Assembly: GCA_045603265.1 (NCBI GenBank)
Contig: JAZULU010000119.1
Span: 1-43,957 of the forward strand
Direction of reading: 5' to 3'
DNA: 43,957 bases
Source: Clostridia bacterium
Lineage (GTDB): Bacteria; Bacillota; Clostridia; Christensenellales; QALW01
The stretch's first letter is position 1, and each line of letters opens with the position of its first letter. The notes beneath the pieces are model-generated. The model was not told where the DNA came from and searched no databases. It saw nothing but the letters and a program-made list of their open reading frames with translations. Positions 1-8,662 of this stretch are shown here, piece by piece. The translations under genes were made by a program, and so were the position numbers.

Positions 1-21
1 TCGCGTGGTTTTTCTTTATAT

Positions 22-54
22 CAAAAATAAGGGATGAGCAAAACTCATCCCTTT
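22..54 (-). terminator. Rho-independent terminator downstream of gdhA
   Basis: Perfect 10-bp stem AAGGGATGAG/CTCATCCCTT (29-38 / 44-53) with a 5-nt loop. On the minus strand it is followed by ATTTTT (plus-strand A-run 23-27). Confidence 0.7.
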
Positions 55-73
55 AGTATTTTTTGGATTAAAA

Positions 74-1426
74 TCAAACTACACCCTGAGCAAGCATAGC
101 GTCAGCAACCTTCTTGAAGCCTGCAATGTTTGCACCTGCAATAAGATCGCCTTCCATACCGTACTGCTTTGCAGCTGCAACGGAGCTTTCGAAGATGTTC
201 TTCATAATATCATGAAGTTTTGCATCAACTTCTTCAGCACTCCAGCTGTAACGCATTGAGTTCTGGCTCATCTCTAAGCCTGAAACTGAAACACCGCCGG
301 CGTTAACTGCCTTTGAAGGAGCGATAACAACGTTATTTTCCTTAAGATATGCTACTGCATCTGCAGTTGTGGGCATATTGGAAACTTCTACATAGTACTT
401 TAAGCCGTTTGCAACCATCTTCTTGGCATCTTCAAGGTTAACTTCGTTCTGAGTTGCGCAAGGCATAACAACCTCAACCTTTTCACCCCAAGGCTTCTGA
501 CCTTTGAAGAAAGGAACGCCGAACTTATCAGCATAATCTTCAACTCTGTTACGGCATGAAGCACGCATTTCAAGCATAAAGTCGATCTTTTCGTCTGTTG
601 AAACGCCGTCTTTATCGTAGATATATCCGTCAGGACCTGAAATGGTAACAACCTTACCGCCAAGTTCATTGATCTTCTTAACTGTACCCCATGCAACGTT
701 ACCGAAGCCAGAGATAGCAAAGGTCTTACCCTTAATATCTTCGCCGAGCCACTTAAGCATTTCTGCTGTGTAATAAACTGCACCGAAGCCTGTTGCTTCA
801 GGACGGATAAGTGAACCGCCGTAAGGACGGCCCTTACCTGTTAAAACACCTGTAAACTCATTCTGAATTCTCTTATACTGACCGAAAAGATAACCGATCT
901 CTCTTGCGCCAACACCGATATCACCTGCAGGAACGTCAGTATCGGGGCCGATATATTTAACAAGTTCTGTCATAAAGCTCTGGCAGAAGCGCATAACTTC
1001 ACCATCGGACTTGCCGTTGGGATCAAAGTCAGCACCGCCCTTGCCACCGCCCATAGGAAGTGTTGTAAGGGAGTTTTTGAAAGTCTGTTCAAAGCCAAGG
1101 AACTTAATAATGCTCTCGTTTACTGTAGGATGGAATCTTAAACCGCCCTTATAAGGACCGATTGCAGAGTTAAACTGAATTCTGTAACCGCGGTTTACCT
1201 GAACCTTGCCGTTATCATCAACCCAGGGAACTCTGAACTTAATGATTCTTTCGGGCTCAACCATTCTCTCTAAAACGCCGCTTGTGATGTATTCGGGGCT
1301 CTGTTCTACTACGGGCTCAAGTGATTCAAGAACCTCGCGTACTGCCTGGTGGAATTCAGGTTCATTAGCATTACGCTTAATAACTGTTTCCATCAATTCC
1401 TGAAGATAAGGATTTTTGAAACTCAT
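74..1426 (-). CDS. gdhA: NADP-specific glutamate dehydrogenase
   Basis: 450 aa with GDH motifs KGGLRFHP and PMGGGKGG and a C-terminal Rossmann fold GFGNVAWG. RBS AAGGAA lies upstream of the ATG. Confidence 0.95.
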   Translation of the reverse strand: MSFKNPYLQELMETVIKRNANEPEFHQAVREVLESLEPVVEQSPEYITSGVLERMVEPERIIKFRVPWVDDNGKVQVNRGYRIQFNSAIGPYKGGLRFHPTVNESIIKFLGFEQTFKNSLTTLPMGGGKGGADFDPNGKSDGEVMRFCQSFMTELVKYIGPDTDVPAGDIGVGAREIGYLFGQYKRIQNEFTGVLTGKGRPYGGSLIRPEATGFGAVYYTAEMLKWLGEDIKGKTFAISGFGNVAWGTVKKINELGGKVVTISGPDGYIYDKDGVSTDEKIDFMLEMRASCRNRVEDYADKFGVPFFKGQKPWGEKVEVVMPCATQNEVNLEDAKKMVANGLKYYVEVSNMPTTADAVAYLKENNVVIAPSKAVNAGGVSVSGLEMSQNSMRYSWSAEEVDAKLHDIMKNIFESSVAAAKQYGMEGDLIAGANIAGFKKVADAMLAQGVV

Positions 1427-1478
1427 ATAAATTTCCTTCTTTCAAATAATTTAAAAAGTTTAACTTTTTATGGAAAAT

Positions 1479-1507
1479 ATTATAATATAAGACGTTGTAT
1501 CTGTCAA
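1479..1507 (-). promoter_or_regulatory. Consensus sigma-A promoter for gdhA
   Basis: Minus strand reads TTGACA (1507-1502), 17 nt, TATAAT (1484-1479), about 50 nt upstream of the gdhA ATG. Confidence 0.6.
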
Positions 1508-1525
1508 ATATTTTGAAAAAATTTT

Positions 1526-2032
1526 CTATTCAAATAAGAATTTTTTTATAACTTTATTTTTCGTTATTAACGTGATAAGCGCCATGGAAGAAACAATACC
1601 TGCTAAACCCTGGATCAAATTCCCGGGAACACCTAAAATTGCCGTGCCAACGTTGAAAGAAATTAAAAATTCAAACAAAAAATATCCAAGTACCATTATT
1701 GCTTCTGCAACTAATGCACCTAAAAAGGCAAACGACAATTTTTTTGTTTTATTATAAAACAAAGCAATCGTAAGCGCCATGAGTCCTTTTATAATAAAAG
1801 TTGCAGGCGCATATAAAGCAAAGCCTGAGAAAATATCTGCAAAGCACGCACCTATTGCCGATGCAAAAAAACCAAATACGGGACCTAAAACGACGCCTGC
1901 AGTTAATACAACACAATCACCTAAATTAAAATATCCGCCACCGGGCAGAGAAACCTGAATAATTATCGTTGCAACACAAGTTAATGCTGCAAAAAGTCCT
2001 GAAAGAACAAGTTTTTTAACGTTTTTCATCAT
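1526..2032 (-). CDS. ECF-transporter S-component-like small integral membrane protein (substrate unknown)
   Basis: 168 aa, about 5-6 hydrophobic helices. The N-terminus LSGLFAALTCVATIIIQVSLP..GYFNLGD resembles BioY/TrpP/QueT-type S components. It overlaps the aroE-aroK stop by about 14-17 nt. The second ATG (2029) has better spacing to AGGAGA than the first (2032). Confidence 0.6.
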   Translation of the reverse strand: MMKNVKKLVLSGLFAALTCVATIIIQVSLPGGGYFNLGDCVVLTAGVVLGPVFGFFASAIGACFADIFSGFALYAPATFIIKGLMALTIALFYNKTKKLSFAFLGALVAEAIMVLGYFLFEFLISFNVGTAILGVPGNLIQGLAGIVSSMALITLITKNKVIKKFLFE

Positions 2033-3266
2033 ATTCTCCTATAAATTTTTTCAATATCTCATCTGCTGTATTTTTCGGTGTATTTTCAACTTTAATGATG
2101 AAGTCAGCCAAAGAACGATATAAAGGCAGTCTTTCTTTATACATTTCTTTTAAGCGGTCAATACTTGTTGAAAGTGGTCTACCTTCCATCACAAGTTCTT
2201 CAACATTCCTTTCAAGGAACACTATAAAGCCGTTTTGTCTTAAGCGATCGTAATTTTCTTGTTTTTTAACTATTCCTCCCCCCGTTGCAATCACCTGAGA
2301 TAATTTTTTTCCAACATCACAAGCCACATTTGTTTCGATTTTTCTAAAAACATCTTCCCCATCTTCTTCAAAAATTTCAGGAATAGTTTTTTGCGCATAT
2401 TCTTCAATTAAAATATCTGTATCAATTTCTTGACGATTTAATTTTTCACTTAAAATTTTCGCCAAAGTACTCTTTCCGCAACCGGGCATCCCAATAAGAA
2501 TAATATTTTGTGCATCTTTTTCCATTTGCGCCAGAACACGCTCAATTTCAGAATCTTCTATCTTTTTATCAATAAAGATCTCTGCCGCCATTTTTGCCTG
2601 AGCAACAAGCATTGAAAGTCCGTTAGAGTTTTTTATATTCAGTCTTTCAGCATCAAGCAAAAGTTTTGTTTTTAACGGATTATAGATAATATCTACAACC
2701 GATTCGCATTTTTTAAAATCAAATAGATTTATAGGTGCTTCAAGGTTTTTGGGGTACATTCCGACAGGCGTTGTATTTACGATAACTTCCGCATCGTGAT
2801 GCTTTGATATGTTTTCGTAATTATCTTTACCGCTTCTTGAAATTACAAAAATACTTTTTGCGCCAAGATCGGTCAAAACTGCATTTACGGTAACGGCAGA
2901 TCCTCCGCTTCCAAGAATAAGACACTTTTTATCTTTAACAGATATATTATTACTTTTAAGTAAATAAGAAAATCCGAAATAATCTGTGTTATATCCTGAA
3001 AGAGTTCCGTCTTTTTCTTTTTTTATAGTGTTTACGCTTCCGATCTTTCTTGCCATATCATCTATTCTTGTTAAATACGGCATAACAGTTTTTTTATACG
3101 GAATAGTTACGTTTATTGCAGTAAAATCTGCCTTTTTTATAAAATTTTCAACATCTTCTTCTGTCATCTCAAAAAGAGAGTAATCATAACCGCAAAGATA
3201 TTTATGAATTTGAGGTGAAAGACTGTGTTTCAGTCTTCCGCCCAAAAGCCCATAAATCGGAGTCAT
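2016..3266 (-). CDS. aroE: Bifunctional shikimate dehydrogenase / shikimate kinase (AroE-AroK fusion)
   Basis: 416 aa. The N-terminal ~250 aa carry AroE motifs (HSLSPQIH, NTDYFGF, GSGGSA). The C-terminal ~165 aa form a shikimate kinase with P-loop GMPGCGKST and ATGGG. One uninterrupted ORF. Confidence 0.85.
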   Translation of the reverse strand: MTPIYGLLGGRLKHSLSPQIHKYLCGYDYSLFEMTEEDVENFIKKADFTAINVTIPYKKTVMPYLTRIDDMARKIGSVNTIKKEKDGTLSGYNTDYFGFSYLLKSNNISVKDKKCLILGSGGSAVTVNAVLTDLGAKSIFVISRSGKDNYENISKHHDAEVIVNTTPVGMYPKNLEAPINLFDFKKCESVVDIIYNPLKTKLLLDAERLNIKNSNGLSMLVAQAKMAAEIFIDKKIEDSEIERVLAQMEKDAQNIILIGMPGCGKSTLAKILSEKLNRQEIDTDILIEEYAQKTIPEIFEEDGEDVFRKIETNVACDVGKKLSQVIATGGGIVKKQENYDRLRQNGFIVFLERNVEELVMEGRPLSTSIDRLKEMYKERLPLYRSLADFIIKVENTPKNTADEILKKFIGEYDEKR

Positions 3267-3267
3267 A

Positions 3268-4410
3268 TTAAATTACCTCTGTATAACTTCCAAGGTATTG
3301 GAACTGCTCAGCCTCGCTTTCAAGCTGACCTAAAAGCACCTGGAATTTAGGTGAATATACAGATACATCAATATCAAAATAGAACATAAATTCAAAATCA
3401 CTGCCCGGAATGGGACGGCTTTCAAGTTTAATAACGTTTACGCCAAGGCTATTAAATTTAGAAAGAATGTTATAAAGCGCACCGGGCTTATGAGGTGCAA
3501 CGATCATAAGGCTGGTCTTTGTTGCGCCGGGATAGATTTCAAGTTTTTTACTGATACAGATGAATCTGGTATAGTTGTTACCATCATTCTGAACGGCTTC
3601 TTTAATAACAGAAAGATTATAAAGTTCAGCACATTTTTTTGAAGAAAGTGCAGCGACGTCATTTCTGTCAGACTCTTGAACAAACTTTGCCGCCATTGCA
3701 GTATTTTCACAAACGTGGATTTTTACATTTTTAAGTGTTGCTAAAAATTCACTGCACTGGTTTATTGCCTGCTCATGAGAATAAATATCCTTAATATCTT
3801 CAAGTTTTGTGCCTTTTTTGACAAGAACACTATGATTTACATGGATTCTTGTACTGCGCACGATACTGAAATTATATTCGGAAAGAAGATCGTAAATTCT
3901 GTTTACCGAACCTGCATTACTGTTTTCAAGAGGTAAAATACCGTAACGGCAGAAACCACTTTCAACAGCATGAAAAACACCTTCCCATGTATTTAAGAAA
4001 ACGATTGTAGGATTGGGGAAAAGTTTTTCGCAAGCTTGCTGAGAATATGCACCCTCAACACCCTGACACGCAACCATCGCACTTTCAGGGAATATTTTTT
4101 CAGTTGAAGTTATAGCATCATCAATTTTTTCACTATAAGAACTTTTAACACCTAAAAGTTTACTTTGATAAGCACGGCTTATGCCCATAAGGTCATTAAA
4201 AAATATTCTTGTTTCGCTGTCAAATTCTTCGCCAGCCTTTTGTGAAACTTTGTTTAAAAGTTCACGTTCACGGCTTTTATCAAGAACGGGAAGATCGTTT
4301 GCTCTTTTATACTCCGCAATAGATGCCGCAACGCCCAGTCTTTCTTTTAAAAGATCAACAAGTTGACTGTCAATACTATCAATTTTTTCTCTTAATTCTT
4401 CAATTTTCAT
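3268..4410 (-). CDS. pheA: Chorismate mutase / prephenate dehydratase (P-protein) with C-terminal ACT domain
   Basis: 380 aa. N-terminal CM helix pattern (LREKIDSIDSQLVDLLKERL), a PDT core, then TRF...ESRP motifs (NYTRFICI, LESRPIPG). Confidence 0.9.
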   Translation of the reverse strand: MKIEELREKIDSIDSQLVDLLKERLGVAASIAEYKRANDLPVLDKSRERELLNKVSQKAGEEFDSETRIFFNDLMGISRAYQSKLLGVKSSYSEKIDDAITSTEKIFPESAMVACQGVEGAYSQQACEKLFPNPTIVFLNTWEGVFHAVESGFCRYGILPLENSNAGSVNRIYDLLSEYNFSIVRSTRIHVNHSVLVKKGTKLEDIKDIYSHEQAINQCSEFLATLKNVKIHVCENTAMAAKFVQESDRNDVAALSSKKCAELYNLSVIKEAVQNDGNNYTRFICISKKLEIYPGATKTSLMIVAPHKPGALYNILSKFNSLGVNVIKLESRPIPGSDFEFMFYFDIDVSVYSPKFQVLLGQLESEAEQFQYLGSYTEVI

Positions 4411-5666
4411 AACTTTTCCTCCAAAAATAAACTGTTGAAATCATCAAAAAATCCAGGATATGATTTTTGAACTGCTTCGAAATTATTTATAATAACTTTA
4501 TCTTTTGAAATGCAAGATGCAACCGATGCGGACATTACTATTCTGTGATCATTAAAACTGTCAACCGTTCCGCCTAAAAGCGATCCATTACCGCGTATTA
4601 CAAAACCGTCATCGGTCTTATCAAGATCTGCACCTAAATTTTTAAGCATCTGATAAACGCTTTCTATTCTGTCGCTTTCTTTTAATCGAAGTCTTTGTGC
4701 ATTAAAAATTATCGTTTCACCTTTTGCACCACAACTAACTGTTGCAAGCACGGGAACAAGATCGGGAATTTGCGAAGCATCAATTTCAGTTCCAAACAAA
4801 TTCCCGCCTTTAATAAAGACGTTATCTTCGAAAAATTCTGCTTCGGCACCCATACTTTTTAAAATATTTATTATTTCCATATCACCCTGAAGTGACGATG
4901 TATTGACATTTGTAATCTTTATGCCTTTTTGCGAAAGCGCGCCTACACATGCAAAAAATGCAGCATTGGACCAATCTCCCTCAGCGGTAATAGTTTGGGG
5001 ACTTTTATATTTTTGATTGCCCTTAATAAAGAACTTCTGCCCTTCTTCTTTGACTTCTATTCCAAAACTTCTTACTGCATCAAGGGTCATTCTTATGTAG
5101 GGATAAGATTCCATTTTGCCAGTAACTGAAATTACACTGTCACCTTTTAATAATGGTAAAGCAAAAATAAGACCGCTTATAAACTGAGAACTTACTTCTC
5201 CCGAAATTTCAAATTCGCCAAAGTTTAATTCACCTGAGCATTTTAAAGGAAAAACACCTTTTTCCGATAGTTCTATGCCATGTTCAACAAGAAGTTCATA
5301 TAATGGCGATAAAGGTCTTTCTGCAAGACGTTTTGCACCCGTAAAAGAAACGTCTCCACCTTTTGCACAAGCAACGGGAACAAGAAATCTATAAGTTGAA
5401 CCACTTTCGTTCAAATCAAGAATTTTGCCCTTTTTAGGTTTATCATAAGGTGAAACGATTATTTCATCACCTAAAATGCTTATATCGGCAAGATAGCCGT
5501 TTAAACAACCTATAGTGGCATAAATATCTTTAGAAAACGTAACGTCGGTTATTTTTGTTTTTTCATTGGCAAGGGAGGCGCAAATGAGCAATCTGTGTAC
5601 ATGTGATTTTGATGAAATTGCTCTAACCTCACCGTAACGTATGCCTTTTTCTACAATATTCTGCAT
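4407..5666 (-). CDS. aroA: 3-phosphoshikimate 1-carboxyvinyltransferase (EPSP synthase)
   Basis: 419 aa with EPSPS motifs LNESGSTYRFL, RPLSPL and NDHRIVMS. 4-nt overlap with pheA. Confidence 0.9.
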   Translation of the reverse strand: MQNIVEKGIRYGEVRAISSKSHVHRLLICASLANEKTKITDVTFSKDIYATIGCLNGYLADISILGDEIIVSPYDKPKKGKILDLNESGSTYRFLVPVACAKGGDVSFTGAKRLAERPLSPLYELLVEHGIELSEKGVFPLKCSGELNFGEFEISGEVSSQFISGLIFALPLLKGDSVISVTGKMESYPYIRMTLDAVRSFGIEVKEEGQKFFIKGNQKYKSPQTITAEGDWSNAAFFACVGALSQKGIKITNVNTSSLQGDMEIINILKSMGAEAEFFEDNVFIKGGNLFGTEIDASQIPDLVPVLATVSCGAKGETIIFNAQRLRLKESDRIESVYQMLKNLGADLDKTDDGFVIRGNGSLLGGTVDSFNDHRIVMSASVASCISKDKVIINNFEAVQKSYPGFFDDFNSLFLEEKL

Positions 5667-6712
5667 TATAAACCTAAACTGATAAGTTCTTTTATCTTAT
5701 CAAGTTCTACTTTCTGAATTTCATATTTTCCTATTTCTTTAACAACTATTAAATTGATAGTGTTACCGCTACGTTTTTTATCTGCGGTAACCATCTGAAA
5801 AATGCTTTCAGCATCAAATGTGCAAGAAACGGGTAATTTATTTGCTTTTAAAGATTTTTCAAGTTCTTTATAAACCGAAGCATTAATTTCATCTTTTTTC
5901 ACTAAAGCTCTCGTAACCATGCACATTCCGATAGCAACACACGAGCCGTGAGTTATGGTAAAATCGCTTAATGCTTCAACACCGTGACCGAAAGTGTGAC
6001 CGTAATTTAAAATCTGCCTTAATCCTTTTTCAAACTCATCTTCATTTACTACGTCACGCTTAATTTCAACGCAACGTGAAATTACTTCAACTCTGTCCCA
6101 TTTACCGGACTTAACTTTATCAAAAAGATCTCTATCGTAGATCATGCCATACTTAATAATTTCAGCAGTACCATCAGCATAGGTTTCATCTGTTAAAGTA
6201 TCAAGAGTATCTGTATCGCAAATAACAAGTGACGGTTGCCAAAATGCACCAAACAGATTTTTGCCTGCAGGAAGATCTACTGCGGTTTTTCCGCCAACAG
6301 AAGAATCCACCGCAGCAAGTAACGTTGTGGGAATCTGAATAAATCGTATGCCACGCATATAAGTTGCCGCACAAAATCCCGTAAGATCACCTACTACACC
6401 ACCGCCTAAGGCAACGAGCATATCGGATCTTGTAAATCGCATCTTTGCAAGAGTGTTTACAATATTAAATAAAATTTCGCAACTTTTGCTTTGTTCGCCG
6501 TGAGGAATTACAATTTTTTCAACCTCAAACCCTGCTTTTTCAAAACTTTCAACGGTTTTATTTCCATAAAATGAGTCAACAGTATCGTCAGTTATTATAC
6601 AGATCCTTGAAAATCCGACTTTTTCTTTTACAAGTGCTCCTGCATTTTTAAGAATATTTTGCCCAATAAGAACGTCGTATGGATTTGAAGTATTTATCTC
6701 AACGATTTTCAC
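5666..6712 (-). CDS. aroB: 3-dehydroquinate synthase
   Basis: 348 aa with GGGVVGDLTGFCAATYMRGIRFIQIPTTLLA and HTFGHG metal-site motifs. TAATG overlap with aroA. Confidence 0.9.
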   Translation of the reverse strand: MKIVEINTSNPYDVLIGQNILKNAGALVKEKVGFSRICIITDDTVDSFYGNKTVESFEKAGFEVEKIVIPHGEQSKSCEILFNIVNTLAKMRFTRSDMLVALGGGVVGDLTGFCAATYMRGIRFIQIPTTLLAAVDSSVGGKTAVDLPAGKNLFGAFWQPSLVICDTDTLDTLTDETYADGTAEIIKYGMIYDRDLFDKVKSGKWDRVEVISRCVEIKRDVVNEDEFEKGLRQILNYGHTFGHGVEALSDFTITHGSCVAIGMCMVTRALVKKDEINASVYKELEKSLKANKLPVSCTFDAESIFQMVTADKKRSGNTINLIVVKEIGKYEIQKVELDKIKELISLGL

Positions 6713-7542
6713 TTATCAATAAGTTCCTTTCTCTCTCTTCCCTCTTTAAGCAGTTCTTTAAGGGAAGACGCATCATCATTTTTTATAGCATCACTATATT
6801 TTTGAAGTTCCGAAATTATAGTATCGATCTCTTCTTTAAGAAACTGTTTGTTATCCATAAAAAGTTCTGTCCACATATCCTCATTAAGATATGCAACACG
6901 GGTAAGATCTTTATAACTTCCCGCCGAAAATCCTTTGTGCACCATTGCACGAGGACTTTTTACATAGGCATTTGAAACCACATGAGCCAACTGAGATGTA
7001 AAGGCTATATTTTTATCGTGTGTTTCGGCATCAGTAACAGTAATACTTGAAAAGCCAAGACTTTTAAAGAACGATGTTACGTTTGCTAAAAGTTCGATAT
7101 TGCGGGCGTTTTCAGGCACAAGAATCATTGATGCGCCCTTGTAAAGTGTTTCTTTTGCATACTTGAATCCTGACTTATGATATCCTGCCATAGGATGTCC
7201 GCCAATAAAAGTAAACCCGTTTTCTTCTGCAATTTTAAAACACTCAGGACAAATGTGTTGTTTTACACCGCAACAGTCAATCACTATTGCATTTTTCTTC
7301 AGAAATTTTTGATTATCTTTAAGCCAATTTATAGCGGCTTCGGGATAAACTGAAATTAAAATATAATCACATTTATTTACGTTGTTTTTATCAAGTGTTT
7401 CATCAACAATATTCATACACTTGGCAAACTCAACAGTATCGTTTTTAATATCGTAAGCATAAACTTCATGCTCGGTATATGCTTTTATGGCTTTTACGAA
7501 AGACCCGCCAATAAGACCTAATCCAACAATTCCAACTATCAT
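6709..7542 (-). CDS. tyrA: Prephenate dehydrogenase
   Basis: 277 aa with an N-terminal Rossmann motif IVGLGLIGGS and a HPMAG motif. ATGA overlaps on both sides. Confidence 0.85.
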   Translation of the reverse strand: MIVGIVGLGLIGGSFVKAIKAYTEHEVYAYDIKNDTVEFAKCMNIVDETLDKNNVNKCDYILISVYPEAAINWLKDNQKFLKKNAIVIDCCGVKQHICPECFKIAEENGFTFIGGHPMAGYHKSGFKYAKETLYKGASMILVPENARNIELLANVTSFFKSLGFSSITVTDAETHDKNIAFTSQLAHVVSNAYVKSPRAMVHKGFSAGSYKDLTRVAYLNEDMWTELFMDNKQFLKEEIDTIISELQKYSDAIKNDDASSLKELLKEGRERKELIDK

Positions 7543-8540
7543 TTTGTTGCCTCACGAACACGTTCAACAGCCTTTGTAACGTCATCAAACTGATCAGGTG
7601 TAAGAGATTGTGCACCGTCGCAAAGTGCTTTTTGGGGATTGTTATGAACTTCGATCATAAGACCATCACAACCTGCGGCCGCCGCAGACATTGCCATAGG
7701 TTTAACAAGACGCGCCATACCGCTTGCATGACTTGGGTCAACAACAACAGGAAGGTGTGTAAGTTCATGAAGCATAGGAACTGCAGAAACATCAAGAGTA
7801 TTTCTTGTATAGGTTTCAAAGGTACGGATACCACGCTCACAAAGAATAATCTTTTCGTTACCGCCTGCCATGATATATTCGGCGCTCATTAGAAGTTCTT
7901 TTAAATTATTTGCAAGACCGCGTTTTAAAAGAATGGGTTTATTTGTTTTACCAAGTTCTTTTAAAAGTTCAAAGTTCTGCATATTTCTTGCGCCAACTTG
8001 AATAATATCAACGTCTTCAAACAAAGGAAGATGCCTTGTTGACATAATTTCAGTTACAATAGGCATTCCGGTTTCTTTTTTGGCAAGTTTAAGAAGTTCA
8101 AGACCTGTAGCCTGAAGTCCCTGGAAATCATAAGGCGAAGTTCTTGGCTTAAATGCGCCACCGCGAAGGAAGTTTGCGCCTGCTTTTTTTACGCGTAAAG
8201 CAACTTCAAGAATCTGTTCTTCCGACTCAACTGAGCAAGGACCTGCAATATACGCAAAATGACCACCGCCAATTTTAAAACCATTTACATCAATTACCGT
8301 ATCATCTGGATGAAATTTACGGTTTGCACTTTTAAAAGGTTCACTTATGCGTTTAACTGTTTCAACAATTTCAAGATTTTCCAAAAGTTCAATATCAATT
8401 CTTGAAGTATCACCAACAAGACCCAATACCGTTGAATATTCACCGTTTGAAATATGTGTTGAAACACCTTGTGTGTTAAGCCATTGTATAAGATTATCAA
8501 TTTGCTTTTGTTCTGTTCCTTGCTTAATTACCGCGATCAT
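7539..8540 (-). CDS. aroF: 3-deoxy-7-phosphoheptulonate (DAHP) synthase, type I-beta, with N-terminal ferredoxin-like/ACT-like regulatory domain
   Basis: KPRTSPYDFQGL and DPSH motifs. I chose the start at ATG 8540 (MIAVIKQG...) because AAGGAG lies about 9 nt upstream. The ORF-track start at 8603 sits inside the promoter. Confidence 0.85.
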   Translation of the reverse strand: MIAVIKQGTEQKQIDNLIQWLNTQGVSTHISNGEYSTVLGLVGDTSRIDIELLENLEIVETVKRISEPFKSANRKFHPDDTVIDVNGFKIGGGHFAYIAGPCSVESEEQILEVALRVKKAGANFLRGGAFKPRTSPYDFQGLQATGLELLKLAKKETGMPIVTEIMSTRHLPLFEDVDIIQVGARNMQNFELLKELGKTNKPILLKRGLANNLKELLMSAEYIMAGGNEKIILCERGIRTFETYTRNTLDVSAVPMLHELTHLPVVVDPSHASGMARLVKPMAMSAAAAGCDGLMIEVHNNPQKALCDGAQSLTPDQFDDVTKAVERVREATK

Positions 8541-8574
8541 TGTACTATACTCCTTGTATAAAAATATATATATA

Positions 8575-8603
8575 ATATTAATCTTTTTTGCATATTTAGT
8601 CAA
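8575..8603 (-). promoter_or_regulatory. Sigma-A-type promoter of the aro operon
   Basis: Minus strand reads TTGACT (8603-8598), 17 nt, TAATAT (8580-8575). This leaves a leader of only about 30 nt before the ATG at 8540. Confidence 0.5.
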
Positions 8604-8624
8604 TCGATTTCATTGATTTAAGAA

Positions 8625-8657
8625 CAAAAAAACGATCTGTATTTTCGATACAGATCA
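8625..8657 (-). terminator. Rho-independent terminator after the D-2-hydroxyacid dehydrogenase gene
   Basis: Stem GATCTGTAT/ATACAGATC (8634-8642 / 8648-8656) with a 5-nt loop. On the minus strand it is followed by GTTTTTTT. Confidence 0.7.
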
Positions 8658-8662
8658 TCGAT

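Noticed and set aside
400-783. Many 60-130-aa ORFs in the track nested inside, antisense to, or out of frame with recognisable genes. Examples: 400..783, 1206..1403, 1572..1757, 2986..3183, 4929..5129, 6679..6975, 7608..7892, 9281..9625, 10091..10366, 13952..14230, 16016..16309, 19145..19534, 19574..19933, 20317..20670, 25416..25709, 26399..26719, 35270..35572, 36008..36331, 37848..38126, 40599..40922.
   Set aside because: Each is fully overlapped by a long ORF with clear family motifs and operon-consistent junctions. They lack RBSs and have low-complexity or odd composition typical of shadow frames in AT-rich DNA.
8541-8603. T-box or leader-peptide attenuator in front of the aromatic amino-acid operon.
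   Set aside because: The distance from the predicted -10 to the ATG is only ~30 nt, and no terminator/antiterminator hairpins are present.
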